A stretch of DNA of 64,000 bases from an uncultured virus (IMG/VR IMGVR_UViG_3300044535_000365) (taxonomy: Duplodnaviria > Heunggongvirae > Uroviricota > Caudoviricetes), in the IMG/VR virus record IMGVR_UViG_3300044535_000365, one strand, 5' to 3'. The position numbers were made by a program, and so were the translations under genes. This document shows, piece after piece, positions 58,413-64,000 of this stretch. Under the pieces are notes generated by a model. That model searched no databases. It had not been told where the DNA came from and worked only from the letters and a program-made list of their open reading frames with translations. Numbering within the stretch: the stretch's first letter is position 1; each line of letters opens with the position of its first letter.

Positions 58413-61400
58413 ATGATTAGAGACGTATTTTACTACAACAAAAAACCCAATGTTCATCCGAGAGAAAAGTTTGCTGAGTCATTAGAAGACGCTAGACAAC
58501 AAGCAACTACTGAACATTTCTGGATAATCAACGAATATGGTGATTATAAAAACTTTGACTGGGATTGGGACTTTGAGTTCTTACCTGACGAAGATGTATG
58601 GGCGCAAGATCATAATAATGTTTGGCCTAGCCAACATCAAAAAGATTCAGGAACTTGGTTGTGTCCTAAAGATCACAAAGGATACACAGTATACCGTGCT
58701 GATGTTGACCCAGTTAACAGAAAAAATGAAATTACTGAGTGCTGGAAAGTATTAGACGATATTGATCAAACAAAGTTTGATTTTTCATGGCACCCTGATC
58801 CTACTGATCCTCCTTATATCTATGTATGGGGTAACAAGTGGGTATCAGCAGAACTAAAATCAACTATTGAATATCATGTAGAGGGTGCTACTGACGTAAA
58901 GTTTATGACAAGATTAGTTGAACTTGTTGAACAAAAATCACGATGGAAAGAATTAGAACTTATAGATAAAAACAAGTTTGACTTTACTTGGAGACCTGAT
59001 CCCACTGAACCGCCGTTTATATATAAATGGGGTTGTAAGTATTTTCCGGTAGAAGAAAAGCACGTACTTGAATATCATGTACCTGATGCCACAGAAATAA
59101 AATATATGGATCAAGTAATTGAACTATTACCTGAGTGGGATCGGTGGAAAGAACTAGAACTTATTGACAAGTCTACTTTTGATTTTACTTGGCGTCCTGA
59201 TCCAACAGAACCATCCTTCATTTACAAATGGGGTTGTAAATATTTTCCAGTAGAAGAAAAGCACGTACTTGAGTATCACGTACCTGATGCCACAGAAATC
59301 AAATATATGGATCAAGTAATTAATCTAGTACCTGAGTGGGATCGGTGGAAAGAAATTGAATTAATAGACAAAACTAAATTTGACTTTACTTGGCGCCCCG
59401 ATCCTAAGGAACCGCCGTTTATATATAAGTGGGCTTCTAAGTACTATTCTATGTTTGAAAGACACGTACTTGAATATCATGCACCAGGTGCTACTGAAGT
59501 AAAATACATGGATGAAGTAGTTGAATTAGAATCACAATGGGATAGATGGAAAGAAATTGAGTTAATAGACAAAACTAAATTTGATTTTACTTGGCGTCCT
59601 GATTTACACGAGCCACCATTCATATATAAGTGGGGCTGTAAGTATTTTCCAGTAGAAGAAAAGCATGTGTTAGAATATCGCGTACCTGATGCTACAGAAA
59701 TCAAATATATGGATCAAGTAATTGAACTATTACCTGAATGGGATCGTTGGAAAATAAATTATTCCATTGATAAATCTACTTTTGATTTTTCTTGGAGACC
59801 TGATCCAAAAGACCCTCCGTATATTTATGTGTTTGGTAATAAGCAATACTCTGCTGAAAAGATGCCTACAGTAGAATACTACTGCGCTGGGGCTAATCAA
59901 ATCAAATATATGGATCAAGTAATTGAACTTTTACCGGAATGGGATCGTTGGAAAGAATTAGAACTTATTGATAAGTCTACTTTTGATTTTTCTTGGCATC
60001 CTGAGCCTACTGAACCTCCTTTTATATACCGATGGGGTTGTAAGTATTTTCCAGTAGAAGAAAAACATGTACTTGAATATCACGTACCTGATGCTACTGA
60101 TATTAAATTTATGGATGAATTAGTTGAGCTAGTACCTGAATGGGATCGGTGGAAAGAACTAGAACTAGTAGATAAAAATAAATTTGACTTTACTTGGAGA
60201 CCTGATCCAAAAGAACCCCCATTCATATATAAGTGGGGCTGTAAATACTTTCCAGTAGAAGAAAAACATGTACTTGAATATCGCGTACCTGAAGCTACTG
60301 AAATCAAGTTCATGGATGAGTTAGTAGAACTGTTTCCTGAATGGGATAAGTGGAAAATTATACATCCAGTAAATAAAAACAAATTTGACTTTACGTGGAG
60401 ACCTGATCCAAAAGAACCTCCGTATATTTATGTGTTTGGTAATAAGCAATACTCTGCTGAAAAGATGCCTACAATAGAATATCATGTTTCAGAAGCAACA
60501 GAAAGAAAATATATTGACGATATTAAAGCAATATTAATGCCTAACTTTAACAATTGGCAAATACCCAGTGACTTTGATAAAGACACATTTGATTTTACTT
60601 GGCATCCTGATCCTCATTCACCTTCGTACATATACCAGTTTGGTAGTATTGCAGACAAAAACGATGGTCCTAGATATGTCACACCTGATAACACAGGCGA
60701 CATTGTGTATCTAGAGATTGGAATACAAGTAAAAAAATATCAAATAGAAACTACATTAGATAATTTAGTGAAACAACATTCTACAGAAGTATTTTGGGCA
60801 ACTAGAAAAAATATTAATTATCAAGATTTTGATTTTACTTGGAGACCAGACTTAGTAGACGGATCGTGGGAGTCAACTTATGTAAGCGTATTTGGTTCAG
60901 TGGACAGTGAATTAACACACACGTATTTTGTTAATGCAAAATCATACATAAGAGGGAACACTCAGTTAAAGTTTATTGAAACTACTGGGCTAGATGAAAA
61001 AGCATTGTCTAAACTGTTCGTAAAGCCTGATATGTTTTTTGTAGATAGGTACAATCAAAATGCTACCTCAAAATATGAACAGTTGAAAGAAAGATTCCCT
61101 ACGATACAAAAAGTTCGTTATATAAGTTCTTGGGTTGACACTATCAATCGTTGTGCAAACAAAGCTACTACAGAATTGTTTTGGATTCTAGACAGTGAAT
61201 TAGATTACACAAACTTTGACTTTAATTATTATCCTAACCCCTGGCAAATGAAAATGTTAACAGTGTTTGGTACTCAATGGTCACGTTGGGGTACTACGTT
61301 TTTAGTAAACAAAGAAACATTCCCTGAAGATACTAAGTATGTAAAAATCATTGAACACCTTTCTATAGTAAACTTTGTTAAAGACAGAAAAGCAAAAGCT

Positions 61401-62786
61401 ACTCAATGTCAACATGATATTGTATTGATAGATCATGGAAATAAAGAAGCTAATCAAGTTGCAGAATTTTTAGCACTAAAAACTAATTTAGATACAACAC
61501 TAAAAACTAATTTAGATACAACACTAAAAGCTAATTTAACTACGATAAAATACGACGGTAGTTATTTAAGAACTTTTAAAAACTTGTTAACTAATATGAT
61601 TACAAAGAAAGAACATTATCTTTGGTTGTGCAGTTCAGTATGTGATTACACTAACTTTGACTTTACATATATCAGTGATCCTTTTGCACGAGATCAGCTA
61701 CATGTGTTCCCTAGCGAAAAACAAAAGTTCGGTGATACATTCTTATTAGATGTAAACAAAACAAAACTACAATTAGAAAGTATTGCAAGTTTAGAAGATT
61801 ACGAAAAGATAAACTTCAATCAAACTATGCGAGTTGATCGTTTGCTAGAACCAATTATTATCGTTCATGATGACACACATGCAACTGCTATACCCACAGA
61901 GTTTGACTTTCCATATGTAACAATGATTAGCAGCACAGATGAAAATATTCAAACTTTAAACGATGAACCAATGAATCTTTGGTCACCTAGAACTAAAACA
62001 ATTATAGTTGCTAGCGAAGGTGCTACAAAAATTATAGTGCCTCAAGAAGCCAAAGAGTATGTAAAAAGAGAGTTGTACGATTATCCATATATCAAAAAAG
62101 TAGATCGTATAGCAAAGTCTAAGCCTATTGATATCGTATTCTTGAGCAATGGAGAACAAGATGCTGAAGAAAACTACGAGCACTTGCTAAAAGTAACTCA
62201 CAAACTTTCTAATCGTGTAGTAAGAGTAGATGGTATAAATGGTAGAGTACAAGCTTATCATGCTGCACTAGAAGCAAGTAACACTCCATGGGCGTTTACA
62301 GTTTTCGCCAAGCTAAAAGTAAATGACAAGTTTGATTGGGCATGGCAACCCGATAGAATGCAAGTTGCTAAGCATTATATCTTTTATGCTGAAAACCCGG
62401 TGAATGGTTTAGTCTATGGTCACCAAGCAATGATTGCTTATCAAAAGTCATTGGTACTAAACAATATAGGTAAAGGCTTAGACTTTACACTAGACGATGA
62501 ACACGAAGTAGTAGAAGAAATATCAGGTACGGCTATGTTTAACACTGATGCGTTTGCTACTTGGCGTACTGCGTTTAGAGAAGTAATAAAACTAAAAGCC
62601 GCTACTGACTCAATCAGCAAGCAGCGTTTAGATACTTGGCTAACAAAAGCTGAAGGCAACTTTGCTGACTACTGTTTGAAAGGTGCAAAAGACGCTAGCG
62701 ACTATTATAATGAAGTTGAGGGTGAGTTTAACAAACTAAAACTAAGCTACGAATGGGCATGGTTAAAAGCTAGATTTGATAACTAG
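58413..62786 (+). CDS. 1457-aa protein with ten 67-aa repeats and C-terminal glycosyltransferase-like modules
   Basis: DF(T/S)W(R/H)PD repeats; C-terminal domain aligns by eye with 45623; CTAAATA ends 5 nt before the ATG. Confidence 0.75.
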   Translation: MIRDVFYYNKKPNVHPREKFAESLEDARQQATTEHFWIINEYGDYKNFDWDWDFEFLPDEDVWAQDHNNVWPSQHQKDSGTWLCPKDHKGYTVYRADVDPVNRKNEITECWKVLDDIDQTKFDFSWHPDPTDPPYIYVWGNKWVSAELKSTIEYHVEGATDVKFMTRLVELVEQKSRWKELELIDKNKFDFTWRPDPTEPPFIYKWGCKYFPVEEKHVLEYHVPDATEIKYMDQVIELLPEWDRWKELELIDKSTFDFTWRPDPTEPSFIYKWGCKYFPVEEKHVLEYHVPDATEIKYMDQVINLVPEWDRWKEIELIDKTKFDFTWRPDPKEPPFIYKWASKYYSMFERHVLEYHAPGATEVKYMDEVVELESQWDRWKEIELIDKTKFDFTWRPDLHEPPFIYKWGCKYFPVEEKHVLEYRVPDATEIKYMDQVIELLPEWDRWKINYSIDKSTFDFSWRPDPKDPPYIYVFGNKQYSAEKMPTVEYYCAGANQIKYMDQVIELLPEWDRWKELELIDKSTFDFSWHPEPTEPPFIYRWGCKYFPVEEKHVLEYHVPDATDIKFMDELVELVPEWDRWKELELVDKNKFDFTWRPDPKEPPFIYKWGCKYFPVEEKHVLEYRVPEATEIKFMDELVELFPEWDKWKIIHPVNKNKFDFTWRPDPKEPPYIYVFGNKQYSAEKMPTIEYHVSEATERKYIDDIKAILMPNFNNWQIPSDFDKDTFDFTWHPDPHSPSYIYQFGSIADKNDGPRYVTPDNTGDIVYLEIGIQVKKYQIETTLDNLVKQHSTEVFWATRKNINYQDFDFTWRPDLVDGSWESTYVSVFGSVDSELTHTYFVNAKSYIRGNTQLKFIETTGLDEKALSKLFVKPDMFFVDRYNQNATSKYEQLKERFPTIQKVRYISSWVDTINRCANKATTELFWILDSELDYTNFDFNYYPNPWQMKMLTVFGTQWSRWGTTFLVNKETFPEDTKYVKIIEHLSIVNFVKDRKAKATQCQHDIVLIDHGNKEANQVAEFLALKTNLDTTLKTNLDTTLKANLTTIKYDGSYLRTFKNLLTNMITKKEHYLWLCSSVCDYTNFDFTYISDPFARDQLHVFPSEKQKFGDTFLLDVNKTKLQLESIASLEDYEKINFNQTMRVDRLLEPIIIVHDDTHATAIPTEFDFPYVTMISSTDENIQTLNDEPMNLWSPRTKTIIVASEGATKIIVPQEAKEYVKRELYDYPYIKKVDRIAKSKPIDIVFLSNGEQDAEENYEHLLKVTHKLSNRVVRVDGINGRVQAYHAALEASNTPWAFTVFAKLKVNDKFDWAWQPDRMQVAKHYIFYAENPVNGLVYGHQAMIAYQKSLVLNNIGKGLDFTLDDEHEVVEEISGTAMFNTDAFATWRTAFREVIKLKAATDSISKQRLDTWLTKAEGNFADYCLKGAKDASDYYNEVEGEFNKLKLSYEWAWLKARFDN
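58740..60700 (+). repeat. 201-bp (67-aa) tandem coding repeat, about 10 copies
   Basis: RWK codons recur every 201 nt (58941, 59142, 59343, ...). Confidence 0.95.
61474..61538 (+). repeat. 24-bp tandem repeat (about 2.7 copies) encoding LKTNLDTT
   Basis: cactaaaaactaatttagatacaa at 61474 and 61498, partial copy at 61522. Confidence 0.9.
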
Positions 62787-62815
62787 CATTTTGGGTAAAT
62801 TCACCCTAAAAATGT
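62787..62815 (+). terminator. Weak hairpin after the glycan cluster
   Basis: CATTTT-GGGT...ACCC-TAAAAATG imperfect stem immediately after the stop codon; no clean U-tract. Confidence 0.3.
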
Positions 62816-62816
62816 C

Positions 62817-62865
62817 TTGCTATTTCTACAATATATTGTTACTATGCGTATCACTTTGATAAATA
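62817..62865 (+). promoter_or_regulatory. Tandem sigma70-type (TTGCTA-17-TACTAT, extended -10 TG) and late-type (TGATAAATA) promoters
   Basis: -35 at 62817-62822, -10 at 62840-62845, late motif at 62857-62865. Confidence 0.55.
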
Positions 62866-62964
62866 GTGTGCGAAAGAGTAACAGTTACTCTTTTCGTTAG
62901 TTACAGCATGGTGTTGTAACTAATTCAATTTTAAATAACCTCATAAAGGAAAAGGAACAAAAAA

Positions 62965-63117
62965 ATGTCTTTCACAAGAAGAATCAAGTACGGCAATGTA
63001 ATGGCTACAAGAAAACTTAAAAAGAGTGTATCACTTGAGCGAATAGAAATGGTTTTATTTCTATGCGTGGCAACGGTTTCGATGTTTGCAATGAATGTAG
63101 CAATTACGAGCATGTAA
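62965..63117 (+). CDS. 50-aa small membrane protein (not in ORF track)
   Basis: MSFTRRIKYGNVMATRKLKKSVSLERIEMVLFLCVATVSMFAMNVAITSM: basic N-half and hydrophobic C-terminal helix; AAGGA RBS; TAATG overlap with the next ORF. Confidence 0.6.
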   Translation: MSFTRRIKYGNVMATRKLKKSVSLERIEMVLFLCVATVSMFAMNVAITSM

Positions 63118-63272
63118 TGATTGTTAACTTACCTGGATATCACTCCAAAAGTATTGACACATGCAAGTGGGTAGTAGATAATTTCAGTAATAAGATCAGT
63201 GAAAATGAAACTATCAAAGCTTGGGTAGAAGCTTCTAACGAAGTTCTAGAGGCTTCTCAACCAGCTAAATAG
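63117..63272 (+). CDS. 51-aa hypothetical protein
   Basis: MIVNLPGYHSKSIDTCKWVVDNF...; coupled ATG at 63117 preferred over the track start at 63063. Confidence 0.55.
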   Translation: MIVNLPGYHSKSIDTCKWVVDNFSNKISENETIKAWVEASNEVLEASQPAK

Positions 63273-63289
63273 AATAATAAGGGAGTTTT

Positions 63290-63451
63290 ATGATATTATG
63301 TATCTGTAATAACATTAGAGAACAAGATATCAAAAGACAACCTGAGTTAGCAAAACTAATTGGAAGTTGTTGTGGTAGATGCTTGATAAAACAAGCTGAT
63401 ACTAAAACATCAAGCAGCTTTTATGACGCTGCTAAAAAAGAAATTCGTTGA
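63290..63451 (+). CDS. Minimal BFD-like [2Fe-2S] ferredoxin (not in ORF track)
   Basis: MILCICNNIREQDIKRQPELAKLIGSCCGRC...: C-x-C...G-x-x-C-G-x-C pattern of bacterioferritin-associated ferredoxin; GGGAG RBS. Confidence 0.7.
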   Translation: MILCICNNIREQDIKRQPELAKLIGSCCGRCLIKQADTKTSSSFYDAAKKEIR

Positions 63452-63780
63452 AGCATGAGATAGGAAGTTTGTACCCGGGTTCGAACCCCGGCATCTCCAC
63501 CAAAAGAGTATTACATCGTTCCGCCTGTTGACCGCGATGGTAAATTACTGAAAGGGGATTAGGTAGTTCTTTATAGTACTCTTTTGATGGGGATGATTTG
63601 GATTCGCCAAACAACTGAAGGTATGTGGAGAATAGGTGAACGCAGAACACCTTTAAGGACTGGGAGTTTCTCGGTTAAAGAAGCAAAAAAGTAAACGCAA
63701 ACGATGAGTTCGCACTTGAAGATATTCGCCTAGCGGCGTAAGCTTCACGGGGCTGGTTACCTTGTTATCAAACAACTAAG
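63440..63780 (+). ncRNA. ssrA: Circularly permuted (two-piece) tmRNA
   Basis: T-arm CCGGG-TTCGAAC-CCCGG and CATCTCC-A-CCA end at 63502. The matching 5' strand GGGGATG starts downstream at 63589 (G3-U70 alanine identity). Tag ORF 63697-63741 encodes ANDEFALEDIRLAA. Outer boundaries are approximate. Confidence 0.92.
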
Positions 63781-63782
63781 AG

Positions 63783-63808
63783 GGGAGCTTTATGCTCCCT
63801 TTCTTTTT
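63783..63808 (+). terminator. Rho-independent terminator after the tmRNA
   Basis: GGGAGC-TTTAT-GCTCCC followed by TTTCTTTTT. Confidence 0.85.
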
Positions 63809-63827
63809 ATCTATACTAAATAGTAGT

Positions 63828-64000
63828 ATGGTATTAATAACAGAATTAACAGATTTCAGTCTATCAGATGCAGTTAAGTTTCACGATGAACTTAACCCTG
63901 CTCTTTGGAACGATGACCAATTAGATCCAGAAGTTAGAGAACAACTAATAGTAATAGCAAAAGATTTCTTACAAGAACTTGGTGTTAGTCAATTAGATGT
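63828..64000 (+). CDS. Partial ORF, probable nucleotidyltransferase-domain protein
   Basis: MVLITELTDFSLSDAVKFHDELNPALWNDDQLDPEVREQLIVIAKDF...; this N-terminus recalls large-phage nucleotidyltransferase-like proteins, but catalytic motifs would lie outside the window. CTAAATA ends 5 nt before the ATG. Confidence 0.45.
   Translation, partial: MVLITELTDFSLSDAVKFHDELNPALWNDDQLDPEVREQLIVIAKDFLQELGVSQLD

Noticed and set aside
58740..60700. CRISPR array or diversity-generating retroelement repeats
   Set aside because: Units are contiguous, in frame and 201 bp with no unique spacers; differences are mostly synonymous rather than adenine-specific; no reverse transcriptase or cas gene in the window.
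871..62659. Many 60-214 aa antisense or alternate-frame ORFs in the track (e.g. 2500-2796, 3382-3780, 16237-16623, 47235-47879, 60080-60382)
   Set aside because: They lie inside longer motif-bearing genes, lack RBS or recognisable motifs, and read as codon-bias shadows.
62931..63116. Track ORF 62931-63113 (-) and the 63063 start
   Set aside because: A plus-strand ORF at 62965-63117 with an RBS and TAATG coupling explains the region better.
63470..63502. tRNA gene (T-arm plus CCA end)
   Set aside because: No upstream anticodon arm or matching 5' acceptor strand; the complement lies downstream at 63589, so this is the acceptor piece of a permuted tmRNA.
62873..63586. Shared AAAGAGTA/TACTCTTT arms in the leader palindrome and the tmRNA intervening stem
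   Set aside because: Only 8 bp in AT-rich sequence, and each copy has a local partner; probably coincidence.
63432..63650. 72-aa minus-strand ORF
   Set aside because: Antisense to the tmRNA; MPGFEPG is the typical translation of a reverse-complemented T-arm.
63365..63777. Long-range pairing of 63383-63395 with 63761-63771 extending the tmRNA acceptor piece deep into the BFD-like gene
   Set aside because: Needs a 2-nt bulge and competes with a local pseudoknot at the end of the coding piece; cannot be supported without covariation or end mapping.
1..64000. Stop-codon reassignment (alternative genetic code)
   Set aside because: Genes are full length and tightly packed under code 11; TGA ends genes at ATGA overlaps and TAG ends genes at 62786 and 63272.

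Overview
A 64 kb AT-rich segment of a large, distantly T4-like myophage (probably a jumbo phage), read in standard genetic code 11. (1) 1-5.1 kb: partial portal gene, a tape-measure-like protein with a C-terminal T4-type lysozyme, and a gp26-like/gp51-like pair joined by a candidate -1 frameshift. (2) 5.1-5.6 kb: a ~480 nt ORF-free, densely base-paired element, probably a structured RNA on the minus strand. (3) 5.6-10.2 kb, minus strand: Holliday-junction resolvase, Rad50/gp46, Mre11/gp47 and a gp55-like late sigma factor. (4) 10.3-42.7 kb: baseplate/tail module, including a 6265-aa multi-domain protein. (5) 42.7-62.8 kb: a ~20 kb, 18-gene cluster behind a late-type promoter, encoding glycosyltransferase-like, sulfotransferase, radical SAM, SGNH, kinase, nucleotidyltransferase, HAD, cupin, AroE-like, GatZ-like and carbamoyltransferase proteins plus a 67-aa-repeat protein; it looks like a self-contained glycan synthesis and tailoring system. 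(6) 62.8-64 kb: small ORFs, a minimal BFD-like ferredoxin, a circularly permuted two-piece tmRNA (tag ANDEFALEDIRLAA) and the start of a probable nucleotidyltransferase. All family assignments come from motif recognition by eye; no database search or folding program was run.
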